DNA of 64,000 bases from an uncultured bacterium (GTDB taxonomy: Bacteria > Zixibacteria > MSB-5A5 > CAIYYT01), in NCBI GenBank assembly GCA_963726455.1, contig CAVSCK010000004.1, forward strand, positions 1,664,001-1,728,000, written 5' to 3'. Numbering within the stretch: the stretch's first letter is position 1; every line of letters begins with the position of its first letter. The notes under the pieces were generated by a model. That model worked only from the letters and a program-made list of their open reading frames with translations. It was not told the DNA's origin and did no database searches. Positions 1-10,350 of this stretch are shown here, piece after piece. The translations under genes were made by a program, and so were the position numbers.

Positions 1-1
1 G

Positions 2-103
2 CTGTTCGTCCCCGGAGAGTGTGATTCGAATTTCTTCGACTATGTTGTGGCAGGGTTTGCCGAGCATCGTTTTGTCCTATCCAAACACTACTTTGTCGAC
101 TAA
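2..103 (+). CDS. 3' end of an upstream CDS, truncated by the window edge; product unknown
   Basis: Open frame from base 2 (LFVPGECDSNFFDYVVAGFAEHRFVLSKHYFVD) to TAA at 101-103; a short hairpin TCGACT-AAATA-AGTCGA overlaps the stop. Confidence 0.35.
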   Translation: MFVPGECDSNFFDYVVAGFAEHRFVLSKHYFVD

Positions 104-189
104 ATAAGTCGATTAGGGGGCTTACAGTCAAGTGCGAAAATCGGCTGAAGACCCACGAAGCCGAGCGAGCACTTCTGAAAAAATATTTG

Positions 190-218
190 TTGACATGGAC
201 ACCGATGATTCCTAGCGT
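190..218 (+). promoter_or_regulatory. Putative sigma70 promoter of cydAB
   Basis: TTGACA (190-195), 17 nt, TAGCGT (213-218), about 65 nt upstream of the cydA ATG. Confidence 0.45.
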
Positions 219-281
219 ATTCGTGAAAGCGATGGCAGCACTGAAGACGCGCTAATGTCGAAAAGGTAACGGAAAACCTCA

Positions 282-1628
282 ATGGACTTGCTGGCCTTAT
301 CCAGACTGCAATTCGGACTCACAGTCGGCTTTCATTACATATTCCCACCTCTTTCTATCGGTCTGGGATTGATGCTGGTCTTCATGGAGGGTCTCTATCT
401 CAAAACCAGGAATCCACTGTATCAACAGATAACCCGGTTCTGGGTGAAGATCTTCGGATTGATTTTCGCTCTCGGTGTCGCCACCGGCATCGTGATGGAA
501 TTCCAGTTCGGTACCAACTGGTCGACGTACTCGCGTTTTGTCGGCGACGTTTTCGGCAGTGCGCTAGCTGCCGAAGGAATTTTCGCATTCTTCCTGGAAT
601 CCGGCTTTCTTGCCATTTTGCTTTTTGGCTGGGACAAAGTCAGTTCGCGCGTTCACTTCCTGTCGACGATCCTGGTGTGCGTCGGTGCGCATTTTAGCGC
701 TATTTGGATTGTGGTGGCGAACTCCTGGCAGCAGACCCCGGCGGGATTTCATTTGGTGGGCCAGCCGCCTGACGTCCGTGCCGAGATGGTAGATTTCTGG
801 CAATTGTTATTCAACCCATCGACTGTCGACCGCGTGTGGCATGTTTATATGGGCGCCTGGCAGGCAGGGGCGTTCTTCATTTTGAGCGTGAGCGCTTACT
901 ATCTGATCAAGTCAAGACATGTTGATTTTGCCAGGATTTCTATCAAAATAGGTCTGGTTCTGGCAGCAGTCGCTTCGGTTCTGCAGTTGGTGTCAGGCGA
1001 CATCAGCGGTAAAGGCGTTGCGCGTAACCAGCCGGCAAAGATGGCAGCTTACGAAGGCATCTTTAATACCGAACCAGCGGGTTTGTATCTCTTTGGCTGG
1101 GTCAATGAGGAACAGGAGAAGGTGCAACTGGGAGTCAAGATTCCGGGACTGCTGAGCTACTTGATCTATGGCGATTCACAGCGCCCGGTTACGGGACTCA
1201 AGGAATTCAGGCCGGAGGATCGACCGCCGGTGAACGTCATATTTCAGAGTTATCATGCGATGGTGGCAATTGGCATGTTGCTGATAATTGTATCATGGCT
1301 GGGACTATTCTATTGGTGGCGCAAGAAGCTGTTCAGCGTTCGCTGGCTGCTGTGGGTATTTGTATTCTCGGTATTGGCTCCGGAATTGGCAAATCAACTT
1401 GGGTGGTTCTCGGCCGAGGTCGGGCGGCAACCATGGATTGTGTACAACTACCTGCGCACATCGGATGCTTTGTCAAAGGTTGTCCACTCGGGTGACGTGC
1501 TGTTATCGATTATCCTATTCAGTCTGGTTTACCTGTTGCTGTTAGTGCTGTTCATCTACCTGCTGAATGACAAAATTCAGAAGGGACCGGCGGCAGAGGA
1601 TCTGGAAGTCGCAGGACACAGGGCCTAG
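282..1628 (+). CDS. cydA: Cytochrome bd quinol oxidase subunit I
   Basis: 448 aa membrane protein with SRLQF..FHYIF (heme b595 His), [21 protein letters not shown]-loop and EVGRQPW motifs. Confidence 0.97.
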   Translation: MDLLALSRLQFGLTVGFHYIFPPLSIGLGLMLVFMEGLYLKTRNPLYQQITRFWVKIFGLIFALGVATGIVMEFQFGTNWSTYSRFVGDVFGSALAAEGIFAFFLESGFLAILLFGWDKVSSRVHFLSTILVCVGAHFSAIWIVVANSWQQTPAGFHLVGQPPDVRAEMVDFWQLLFNPSTVDRVWHVYMGAWQAGAFFILSVSAYYLIKSRHVDFARISIKIGLVLAAVASVLQLVSGDISGKGVARNQPAKMAAYEGIFNTEPAGLYLFGWVNEEQEKVQLGVKIPGLLSYLIYGDSQRPVTGLKEFRPEDRPPVNVIFQSYHAMVAIGMLLIIVSWLGLFYWWRKKLFSVRWLLWVFVFSVLAPELANQLGWFSAEVGRQPWIVYNYLRTSDALSKVVHSGDVLLSIILFSLVYLLLLVLFIYLLNDKIQKGPAAEDLEVAGHRA

Positions 1629-1637
1629 GGAGAAGTA

Positions 1638-2654
1638 ATGGATCTAAATACCGTATGGTTTGTGCTGGTCGGGGTGCTTCTCACCGGATATGCCATACTT
1701 GACGGTTTCGATCTGGGAGTGGGCGCGTTGCATTTGTTCACCAAACAGGACGTCGAGCGGCGGATATTTTTCAACTCGATTGGCCCAATCTGGGATGGAA
1801 ACGAAGTCTGGCTGGTCACCGGCGGCGGTGCGCTGTTTGCCGCCTTCCCGGAGGTCTACGCCACAGCCTTTTCGGGATTTTACTTGGCGCTTATCCTGCT
1901 ACTCTTTGGCCTGATATTTCGCGCGGTCGCAATTGAATTTCGCAGCAAACAGCCGATGCGCTGGTGGCGCCAAATGTGGGACGTGTCGTTCAGCGTGAGC
2001 AGCATCTTATCAGCTCTTCTAATTGGTGTGGCCCTGGGAAATATCGCGCGTGGTATTCCGCTGGGGACCGATCACGAATCACTGGCCGGATTCTTCGACT
2101 TGCTTAATCCCTACTCCGTATTAGTCGGCATCACGACAGTAGGCTTGTTCATGATGCACGGCGCGATATTCCTGGTGTTAAAGACCGAAGGAGAACTGCA
2201 CAACAATCTACGGCGGTGGGTCAACAACTCGATCATCTTCTTCATCATTTGTTATGCCACTACCACAATGGCAACGCTGTTGTATGTGCCGCATATGGTG
2301 GAGTTTATTAAGCAGCACCCGGTGATCTTCCTGTTGCCGCTACTTAACATGCTGGCGATCGCCAATATCCCACGAGAAATGTATCACGGAAATGATATGC
2401 GGGCCTTCCTGTCGTCTTGCGCGGCGATAATCGCTTTGCTCGCCTTGTTCGGCATCGGCATGTATCCGGACTTGATTTTCTCCAGCCCGGATGCAACTTC
2501 GAGTTTGACGATCTATAATGCGGCGTCGTCACCGAAGACACTCAAGGTCATGTTGATCATTGCCGCCATGGGAGTGCCGTTGGTGCTGGCGTATACGGCA
2601 TCCATCCATTGGATATTCCGGGGCAAGGTCAAGCTCGACTCGCACAGCTATTAG
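1638..2654 (+). CDS. cydB: Cytochrome bd quinol oxidase subunit II
   Basis: YAILDGFDLGVG, GPIWDGNEVWLV and FAAFPEVY motifs; directly follows cydA. Confidence 0.97.
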   Translation: MDLNTVWFVLVGVLLTGYAILDGFDLGVGALHLFTKQDVERRIFFNSIGPIWDGNEVWLVTGGGALFAAFPEVYATAFSGFYLALILLLFGLIFRAVAIEFRSKQPMRWWRQMWDVSFSVSSILSALLIGVALGNIARGIPLGTDHESLAGFFDLLNPYSVLVGITTVGLFMMHGAIFLVLKTEGELHNNLRRWVNNSIIFFIICYATTTMATLLYVPHMVEFIKQHPVIFLLPLLNMLAIANIPREMYHGNDMRAFLSSCAAIIALLALFGIGMYPDLIFSSPDATSSLTIYNAASSPKTLKVMLIIAAMGVPLVLAYTASIHWIFRGKVKLDSHSY

Positions 2655-2710
2655 GAATACCAAAAAGAAGGTTTACTTCTCGCCACCGGCATGGCTTATT
2701 GACCGGTGCC

Positions 2711-3592
2711 ATGACTGCATGTTTCTTCGTCACAGATTTGCACGGCCGAGTGCCTCGCTACGAGAAGCTCTTTGCGGCAATCGCTGCTGAGCAACCGGAT
2801 GCAGTTTTTATTGGGGGCGACATTCTGCCATCGGGATTGATGTCGATGAATGCCGATAAGGACCGCTATCAGGATTTCGTGCGAGATTATCTGGCTGATC
2901 GATTCCGAGCGCTGAAGAGCCAATTGGGCGACAAATACCCTCGAGTCTTCTTGATAATGGGAAACGATGATTTTCGGGTGCAGGAAGAGGCAATCGAGGA
3001 AGTGGAATTGCAGGGTGTCTGGGAATACGTCGCACAACCGACGAGTCATGTTTGGGGATTATTCCGTGTACGGATACGCTTATGTCCCGCCGACGCCGTT
3101 TCGGCTCAAGGATTGGGAACGTTATGATGTTTCGCGGTATGTCGATCCGGGCTGTGTTTCACCTGAGGAAGGGAGCCGGTCGGTGATGGTGTCGGAACAT
3201 GAAAAGAGGTTTTCCACGATTGCGAAAGATCTCGAATTGCTGGCTGACGATGAGGTCTTGTCGAAATCAATCTGGGTAATACATACGCCACCCTATCAGA
3301 CCAAGCTTGACCGCGCGGCACTCGACGGGAAGAAGGTAGAACATGTGGAGCTTGACCCGCATATCGGCAGTATTGCGGTGAAACGCTTCATCGAGTCGCG
3401 ACAGCCTTTTATAACCTTGCACGGACATGTGCATGAATCGGCACGATTGACTGGAGAGTGGCGCGAGCAGCTTGGCAAAACGCACATGTTCTCGGCGGCA
3501 CATGACGGCCCGGAATTGGCGCTGGTGCGATTCAGCCCTGAGAAGTCCTGAGAGTGCTACGAGAGAATTGATTCTGACTTAATCAGGATGAC
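2711..3592 (+). CDS. Metallophosphoesterase (calcineurin-like/Icc-related), split by apparent +1 insertions near 3031 and 3543
   Basis: DLHG, GGD and GNDD motifs in the 2609-3127 frame; HTPP and HGHVHE in the 2967-3551 frame; removing one base at each site gives one ORF ending ...PESATRELILT* at 3592. Confidence 0.8.
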
Positions 3593-6500
3593 TGCTTCTT
3601 CATCGGCAACTGGCGGGCGGCATCAGTCACGGCGCCGATCTTCACGGCGAAACTGGTCTTACGGGTGATGTCTTCATCGGTAATGATGTGATAGTCAACT
3701 AATCCCTCGGAACTGTAGCCGGTCTGCAGATAGTTCATTTCAGCAAGACATAGACTCCAACCATCGAACCAGTTGCAGAGGCGTTCCCGCTGCTGATCGT
3801 CACCGCGGAAATGCACGAGCAGGTCAATGTCGCTTCCGGGTCCGGCAGTGGCGTTCTTGGTGCTGCCGAAGACGTAGATTGCGACCACGCCAAATCGTTC
3901 AGGGTCTATCTGGAGAGCGATGTGCTCAGCTATATTGAGCCGCCAGCGCCAAAAGCTCTCAGAGGGAAGATCGGCAAGCTGTCTCTTTGCCGCGGCCGTC
4001 TGGTGGTCCGTGCGAGGCGGCGCCAACATCGCCACTGCCTGATCGAGATCGGCATTGAACAACACTTGCAGGACACGACCATTCGTGAAATTCGGTACGT
4101 CTATCACATGGATGGTGTCAGCAAGATAACCGAACTCGGGCAGAATCTCTGGCAACAGGTTGGGGGCAGTCAGAAGAAATTTTTCATTGAAAACAATGCC
4201 CTCATCATCGGGATACAACGGCAAGTAGCGAATTTCCGCCTCAACGAGATCCTGGAAGAAATGAGTGCCGAACGAGAGATCGGGAAGGTAGTTGCCGCTT
4301 TGACGCGCAATCTCAATCAGCACAGCCGTGTTGTTGATGTCGGAGTACGTGACCGGCACACCAAGCTTGATATCGCCTCGGCTCCCCCAACGACCAGGCC
4401 CCATCAGGACAAATTGGCGCTTGGGCAACAGCGCATTAAGCTTGCCTACAGCTCTGCCGACTGCCAGCAGCGTAGCACGGTCACTGATGTCACTGTATGT
4501 CTGCGGGTCAACATAGACGATGTGCGTAATGTCGGGCACGCGGCCATTCGAAATATGCTTGTTTGCACTGAAGATCAGCCGTTCGGGCGGAATATCCTGT
4601 GGAATCGGGGTGGCGCCACCACCGGTTCGCGAGTAACTCTGCGGACGACACTGGAGCAAATAGAAATCCGTGCCGTCATGGGCAAACTCGATGTCGACGG
4701 GGACGCCAATCTTTTCTTCAAGTGTTTTGAGAATGAAGTTGATCATTGCGACAAAGGAAGTTTGGGCAAGCAAGCCGTCGAATGTGACGAGCGTTTCACC
4801 GTCCGGTGAAAAGTTGAGTCCCGAAATGCGGCGCAGGTGGTCGCCGTCAACTATCGAAGCAATCTCGGCCAGTCCGGGATAGTCCAAACCGCATTCGCGG
4901 ATCAGATCGCTCACCTCCAATGTCTCGAAGGAATTGGTCTCAAGATTGATGACGTCGATCTTCTTCGGGGAATAGCGCAGAGTTTCTTCTTGAGTGACAT
5001 TTACGCGCAAGCCGGGCTGTCCGGGCGATACCAGCACGGGATAGTCTTCTGCAATACGGTCGACGGCGCGAGTTCCCAGACCCGGCACCAGCCGCACGAG
5101 TCCATCCTCACGTTTGATTCGCGGTGACCAGCGGAATTCGTTGCGGCTGAACGCCACGCCGGCAAAGGAAGGCATGAAGTATTTGCCCGCGCGCGCTCCC
5201 ACCACCTGCTGAATCATGATTCCCATTTCTTCGTGGAAATCCAGCATCCCGCGTTCGGCACGATATTCGATCGGATCGGGCGCGAAAGTCGAGGCGTACA
5301 CCTCCGCCACTGCATCGAGGAGCGCTTCAAGTCGGTCGGATTTGTCGCCCTGGTTGGCAAGGAACAGACTTTTGTATTTGCCGGAAAAGGCGGCGCCGGC
5401 GCGGTCCTCAAGCAAACTGGAACTTCTGACAATCAGCGGGCAGTCGCCAAAATCATCGAGCACGGCAGAGAGTGCTTTGACAATCTCCGGCGGGAAATGG
5501 CTGTTTTTGAAAGTCTGCACGACGTTCGGGTATTCCAGTCGAACCTGGTTTATGTCTTTATACTTTTGCTCAATGACCTCTTCGAGATTGTTGAAATTTA
5601 TGAAGTGCAGAACAAGGTCAGACGTGATGTACCAAGTCTTGGGTACCTTGAGGTTTTCCAGCAGTTTGTTGTCGGCCTGAAGACGCTTGAGAATCTGCGC
5701 CGCCAGGAATAGTCCGGCGCTCTTGCCACCCAACCGCCCCAGACTTTCGGGCGTATAGATTACGCTGTGCAAGAGTTCAAACACATCGCCGATCACAATA
5801 TGCTCCTTGGCGACATTGATGTAATCGGGCTGATCGGAGAAAAATCGGCGAATAAGTGAGACCAGGACGCTGCGCTTGGTTGGATCCGGGATATCGATAC
5901 CTTCCGGGACCATGCGCTGATAGCGGCGAATAGCATCAGCGACCTCGGCTAATGGTGAACTGTCGCTGACGAGTGACTTGATAAGAAATCCTAGTTTGTC
6001 CTGCTGAATCCATTTCTGAATCAACTGGAGTATTTCGGCGGGGCTTAAGTGTTCGGTCGCTATCTGGAAAGTTTCGTCCGAGAGAAAATCGCTCGACGAA
6101 ATCAGGGTCTTGCGATAGAAGGGGCGATTTGATTCGCCCAATAATTCCTCGTCATCACCCGGTTCACCAGAACTGTAATACTCCAAGAGACTCTTAGCTT
6201 CTTCGACACCCGTCCAACAGAGATGATTCAGCATCTTGCGGGATATGCGCAGATACAGGTTACGATCGGTCTGGCGCAGGAGATCAAGCACGACGCGCCA
6301 TTCAGTCTTGGTGCTGTCCAACAATTCCTGGGCTGCGGTGCGGTATTCCTGGAACACGTATTTCATCTTCTGATAGGTGATGAAATTCCCAAGCCGTTCG
6401 GAAACGGTATTGATCAGCTTGGTTTCTTCCTTCAGGAACGGGCCCTGATCTTCGTTTGGCATTTCCTGAAGATAGTAAACGCTGACAGTGCCGACCACTT

Positions 6501-6771
6501 GGTCGAAAACCTGAATGTTGGCGGTTTGCACCCAGCGGGATTCACGGAAATTGTCGGAGTGAAAGGAATTGCTGCCGAGCGTGATTTTCGCCTGACAGAT
6601 TTCGGGGTACTGCCAACCGGGAGGAATGGCTTCGATGATTCCTTTGCAGACGTCGTCAAGGTTGGCTTCCGGTTTGAGCAGCTCTTCGATCCGATAGAGA
6701 CAACTTAGCTCCTTGGCTCGTTCCTGCAGGAACCAGATCAACTTGGTCGTCGGAGTCTGTTTGCCGTTCAT
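3583..6771 (-). CDS. PEP-synthase/PPDK-like ATP-grasp protein with N-terminal GAF-like module and C-terminal nucleotidyltransferase domain
   Basis: 1062 aa; ERAKELSCLY..PPGWQYPE..GPFLKEE N-terminal module; GGKSAGL, IVRSSSLLED, GLGTRAV, DIEFA and LQCRP (PPDK N-terminal domain); SFGTHFFQ; C-terminal VFGSTKNATAGPGSDIDLLV (GS..DxD NTase motif). Confidence 0.85.
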   Translation of the reverse strand: MNGKQTPTTKLIWFLQERAKELSCLYRIEELLKPEANLDDVCKGIIEAIPPGWQYPEICQAKITLGSNSFHSDNFRESRWVQTANIQVFDQVVGTVSVYYLQEMPNEDQGPFLKEETKLINTVSERLGNFITYQKMKYVFQEYRTAAQELLDSTKTEWRVVLDLLRQTDRNLYLRISRKMLNHLCWTGVEEAKSLLEYYSSGEPGDDEELLGESNRPFYRKTLISSSDFLSDETFQIATEHLSPAEILQLIQKWIQQDKLGFLIKSLVSDSSPLAEVADAIRRYQRMVPEGIDIPDPTKRSVLVSLIRRFFSDQPDYINVAKEHIVIGDVFELLHSVIYTPESLGRLGGKSAGLFLAAQILKRLQADNKLLENLKVPKTWYITSDLVLHFINFNNLEEVIEQKYKDINQVRLEYPNVVQTFKNSHFPPEIVKALSAVLDDFGDCPLIVRSSSLLEDRAGAAFSGKYKSLFLANQGDKSDRLEALLDAVAEVYASTFAPDPIEYRAERGMLDFHEEMGIMIQQVVGARAGKYFMPSFAGVAFSRNEFRWSPRIKREDGLVRLVPGLGTRAVDRIAEDYPVLVSPGQPGLRVNVTQEETLRYSPKKIDVINLETNSFETLEVSDLIRECGLDYPGLAEIASIVDGDHLRRISGLNFSPDGETLVTFDGLLAQTSFVAMINFILKTLEEKIGVPVDIEFAHDGTDFYLLQCRPQSYSRTGGGATPIPQDIPPERLIFSANKHISNGRVPDITHIVYVDPQTYSDISDRATLLAVGRAVGKLNALLPKRQFVLMGPGRWGSRGDIKLGVPVTYSDINNTAVLIEIARQSGNYLPDLSFGTHFFQDLVEAEIRYLPLYPDDEGIVFNEKFLLTAPNLLPEILPEFGYLADTIHVIDVPNFTNGRVLQVLFNADLDQAVAMLAPPRTDHQTAAAKRQLADLPSESFWRWRLNIAEHIALQIDPERFGVVAIYVFGSTKNATAGPGSDIDLLVHFRGDDQQRERLCNWFDGWSLCLAEMNYLQTGYSSEGLVDYHIITDEDITRKTSFAVKIGAVTDAARQLPMKKQSS

Positions 6772-8525
6772 GACCGGATCACACCTCGCGCGTTCTTGCC
6801 ATCAATTTGTACTCGCAGTGGCGCCGCCAGTTTGACGTGCCTTACATAGTCTGTTTCGGTAACAGTTTGCTGTTTCTGAAACCAGTCCCATTTGATTTGA
6901 TATGGTCCGGCTTCTGCAACCGAAAAATAGCCAACCTGGGAACTGATGACATTATGAAAGAAATGCGATCCCTGCGACATCTCGACGTGCATTTCGGGCA
7001 GCGAGGCCTCCACAATAACTTTGGCGCCGGAGATTTGCCACCAGCTAACCGGAATGCCGAAGGGCGGATCGGTAGTGCCCAGTCGGCCATACACGATCAG
7101 GAGATAAGGATGACCCTCTGCCACCAGCCGATGATTTACCGCTTCCAGGTCGGAAGCGATCTGCCAGGACTGGTGCTCGTCAAATTCGGTGACCTTGAGA
7201 AATACGGCGTCACGCACGGTGTTTATCAGGCCGTTTCCGAGTACTCTCTCAGAAGCGACCAGAACATCTTCGGCGCCCAAATCTTCAAGCGGTACCGGCA
7301 CGCGGTTGCGGGAAACGAACATGGGGCGCACCTGCAGGAAGCCAAACTTCGCAGGTATGCCTCCTGCCGGATCCAGTGCCACCGCAAATTCGATCTCCAC
7401 TTCGTGACCAACCACTTCTTCGCAGAGTTTGAGCAATGACTTAAGCAAATTGTTTAAAGGTATATCGCCAATTGAAAGTATGGGGGCAAAAGTGAGAACT
7501 CGCGGGCCTTTGCCTGTGAGTCCGGTGGTCAGCCGATCATTCTCATATTGGTAGGTGGAGACAATATACTGCAGCACTTCGTCGGCCTCCGCCTCTGACA
7601 GATCTCCGGTCACCATATATTCCGTTTCTTTGACCGGATCATAGGCGGGTGGCTTGCCCATATTGACGGCCCAAAACTCAGTCTGCGTCTGCTTGACCAT
7701 ATCACCGGTCGATTTATAAGGTGGGGCGGTTCGTGGATAGGCCGGGCAATAACTCCAGCACTTTCCGCCGTCAACAACCGTCTTGCCCAGTCCCAGCGCA
7801 AGATTCACGACTCCATCTTTTGGTTTGCCGTGTCCGGTGGCATAGAAGTTATATGACCGCGCCACACCCGATATGTGGGGATAAAATTTATCCCCAAAGC
7901 GAGTACCGACGACTTCCTGAATGATAACCGCCATCTTCTCTTTTTCCACAGATTGGCCCGTGGTCCTGATGTAGGTCTTGGCTTCCCGATAGAAGGTAGA
8001 GGCGTACACGAATTTGACAGCTTCGATAAGTATTCGGAAACGGGTGTCGGCATCGAACTGGTTGTTGGGAATCATTTTAGTGCCGTAGACGCCGGCGAAA
8101 GGTTCGCGCAGGGCGTCCTCAAAAAGACTCGATGATCGCACTGCCAACGGTGAATGGATTCTCTCTGCTAGCGCGCGAAGGTCGCCCACGATTTCGGGGG
8201 GCATATTTGCGCGCTGGAAGGCATGCCCGATCTGGTCGTCGGTGCTTTCATCGGAGTAGGCAATATCGTAGAGGTTGTTCTGGCGCATGAAAGCGTCGAA
8301 GACATCGGTGGCGATGACGGTCATCGTGGGAATGCGAACGACAAATTCGGGAAATTCTCTGGCGCTGATGTGGGAAAGAAGAGAGTCTTTTATGAATGCC
8401 AGCCCCTGGGCCTTCCCCCCTATCCAGCCCGAGCCGATGTAACTGAATACGCCGCTGAACCCGGTAAATCGGCGGTCAAACGGCACCAGATTGTCTAGTG
8501 AAGCTTCACCGGCACGATCAGGCAT
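6768..8525 (-). CDS. PEP-synthase/PPDK-like ATP-grasp protein (paralog without accessory domains)
   Basis: 585 aa; IGGKAQGL, AVRSSSLFED, FAGVY, GLGKTVVDG, EIEFA, LQVRP and SQGSHFFH; ATGA overlap with the downstream paralog. Confidence 0.85.
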   Translation of the reverse strand: MPDRAGEASLDNLVPFDRRFTGFSGVFSYIGSGWIGGKAQGLAFIKDSLLSHISAREFPEFVVRIPTMTVIATDVFDAFMRQNNLYDIAYSDESTDDQIGHAFQRANMPPEIVGDLRALAERIHSPLAVRSSSLFEDALREPFAGVYGTKMIPNNQFDADTRFRILIEAVKFVYASTFYREAKTYIRTTGQSVEKEKMAVIIQEVVGTRFGDKFYPHISGVARSYNFYATGHGKPKDGVVNLALGLGKTVVDGGKCWSYCPAYPRTAPPYKSTGDMVKQTQTEFWAVNMGKPPAYDPVKETEYMVTGDLSEAEADEVLQYIVSTYQYENDRLTTGLTGKGPRVLTFAPILSIGDIPLNNLLKSLLKLCEEVVGHEVEIEFAVALDPAGGIPAKFGFLQVRPMFVSRNRVPVPLEDLGAEDVLVASERVLGNGLINTVRDAVFLKVTEFDEHQSWQIASDLEAVNHRLVAEGHPYLLIVYGRLGTTDPPFGIPVSWWQISGAKVIVEASLPEMHVEMSQGSHFFHNVISSQVGYFSVAEAGPYQIKWDWFQKQQTVTETDYVRHVKLAAPLRVQIDGKNARGVIRS

Positions 8526-8560
8526 TCAGCACTCCTCGTGGATAGTCACACAGATTAAAC

Positions 8561-8586
8561 GCGCCGTCAGATCACTCTGACGGCGC
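8561..8586 (-). terminator. GC-rich hairpin after the GDH gene (terminator, attenuator or mRNA stabiliser)
   Basis: Perfect 11-bp stem GCGCCGTCAGA-TCAC-TCTGACGGCGC followed by GTTTAAT on the minus strand. Confidence 0.55.
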
Positions 8587-8636
8587 TCTAAGCTACTCAG
8601 AAGAAGTATCCCTTCCGAGAGAATTATCGATAACTA

Positions 8637-9923
8637 TTATACCCAACCACGATCTCTACAGGCCTGTGCCACGCGACTCACTGAAATGATATAGGCCGCA
8701 TCGCGCATGTAGAGTTTGCGCTTGCGTGCCAGTTCACTTACGGCGAGGAAAGCGGAGGTCATCTTGACATCAAGTTTGCCAAGGACCTCATCCTTCTCCC
8801 AGAAATAGTTCATGTTGCACTGAACCTGCTCGAAGTAACTGCAAGTCACACCGCCGGCGTTGGCCAGGAAATCGGGGATCACGAAAATTCCGCGCTCCGA
8901 TATGATCTTGTCAGCTTCGGGTGTCGTGGGACCATTGGCGCCCTCAGCGATTATCTTAACGTTCTTGCCAATCTTGGAGACGGTCGTACCGGTAATCTGG
9001 TTTTCGATGGCGCATGGGAACAGGATGTCAACATCCTGCTCGATCCATGCATCGCCCGCCAACACTTCGTAGCCGAGATCTTTTGCCTTGGCTTTGTCGA
9101 TTCCGCCGAACTTGTCGGTGATGCTGACCAGTTGGTCAGGGTCGACGCCGTCCTTCTTGCGGAACGTATACGAAGTCTGATCGTGCTGATCCCAGCAGGA
9201 AACGCAGATCGGCTTGCCGCCGATTTGACGGTACAGTCGCAGCGCGTACTGGGAGACGTTTCCGAATCCCTGGAAACTTGCGGTCGTGTTTTCCGGCTTG
9301 ATTCCCATTTCGCGGAGGGCCTCACGCACGGTATAGACCACGCCATAGCCGGTGGCTTCGGTACGGCCCAGCGAGCCGCCCAGGCCAACCGGTTTACCCG
9401 TAATCATGCCGGGATATTTCTCGCCGCGAATCTTTTCGTATTCGTCGAGCATCCAAAGCATGTGCTGTCCGCTGGTCATAACGTCCGGCGCCGGCACGTC
9501 AGTAAACGGACCGACGTTGCGAGCCATTTGGCGAATCCAACCGCGACAAATCTGTTCCTGCTCACGCTCGCTCAAATTGTGCGGATCACAGATCACGCCG
9601 CCTTTACCACCACCCAACGGGATATCAACGACCGAGCATTTCCAGGTCATCCACATCGCAAGTGCCCTGACAGTATCAATTGTTTCTTGCGGGTGAAAAC
9701 GAATGCCACCTTTACTGGGGCCGCGAGAATCATTGTGTTGCACGCGAAAACCGCGAAACACCCTGACCTTGCCATCGTCCATGCGAACCGGAATCAGAAA
9801 CGAAAATTCGCGCATCGGTTCGCGCAGTATTTCTCTGCTGCCCGAATCGAGATTGAGGAAATCGGCCGCTTTATCAAACTGCTGCTGTGCCATAGCATAG
9901 GGGTTAAACGCACCGGAACTCAT
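8637..9923 (-). CDS. Glu/Leu/Phe/Val dehydrogenase family protein, probably NAD(P)-dependent glutamate dehydrogenase (GudB/RocG-like type)
   Basis: GPSKGGIRFHP, MTWKC, GGGKGG, DVPAPD, GRTEATGYG, QGFGNV, AEGANGPTT and PDFLANAGGV; RBS GAAGGGAG before ATG at 9923. Confidence 0.92.
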   Translation of the reverse strand: MSSGAFNPYAMAQQQFDKAADFLNLDSGSREILREPMREFSFLIPVRMDDGKVRVFRGFRVQHNDSRGPSKGGIRFHPQETIDTVRALAMWMTWKCSVVDIPLGGGKGGVICDPHNLSEREQEQICRGWIRQMARNVGPFTDVPAPDVMTSGQHMLWMLDEYEKIRGEKYPGMITGKPVGLGGSLGRTEATGYGVVYTVREALREMGIKPENTTASFQGFGNVSQYALRLYRQIGGKPICVSCWDQHDQTSYTFRKKDGVDPDQLVSITDKFGGIDKAKAKDLGYEVLAGDAWIEQDVDILFPCAIENQITGTTVSKIGKNVKIIAEGANGPTTPEADKIISERGIFVIPDFLANAGGVTCSYFEQVQCNMNYFWEKDEVLGKLDVKMTSAFLAVSELARKRKLYMRDAAYIISVSRVAQACRDRGWV

Positions 9924-10217
9924 TAAGTGTCTCCCTTCCAAGTACTAGAGAGTAATATGTGACAGCGATAAGTCGCTGCCGGCTGTAACGTTGCGGAATC
10001 AGCCGATCCAAGTTTGTCGCCAAGTCCGCTACTATATGTGATCATCAAATTCCTTTTTCCAGAATCACGCCTGCCATTCGAATAGTTCTTTGCCGCGTCC
10101 ATAAAATCGGTGCCGCTATCGGCATGATCAAAATACCTTTTACACCGCATCCGCGCAATCCTGTTCCAAACATCCCCGTCAATAAGCCGGCCGCATTCCC
10201 TAGTGAGTTCCAAGGGA

Positions 10218-10243
10218 ATGGGGCGGACTACCGTCCGCCCCAT
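10218..10243. repeat. Perfect palindrome (REP-like hairpin) between the two GDH genes
   Basis: ATGGGGCGGAC-TACC-GTCCGCCCCAT, an 11-bp inverted repeat. Confidence 0.6.
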
Positions 10244-10350
10244 CCGAGATTCATTAAACGCCCGATCATACGCAATAAGACTGCAAATCCGACCACGTGT
10301 GACCCGCGTCAACTCGTGAGACGATTTTATCGTCCAAGATCGCGTCCCGC

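Noticed and set aside
3811-4809. Long antisense ORFs (also 9132-9926, 11170-11916, 11727-12647, 28301-28954, 43368-44306)
   Set aside because: They are shadows of well-supported genes on the other strand and have no recognisable motifs or RBS.
3583-8525. Calling these genes ppsA/ppdK
   Set aside because: Only the ATP-grasp domain and a divergent His domain are recognisable; no C-terminal pyruvate/PEP-binding barrel was seen.
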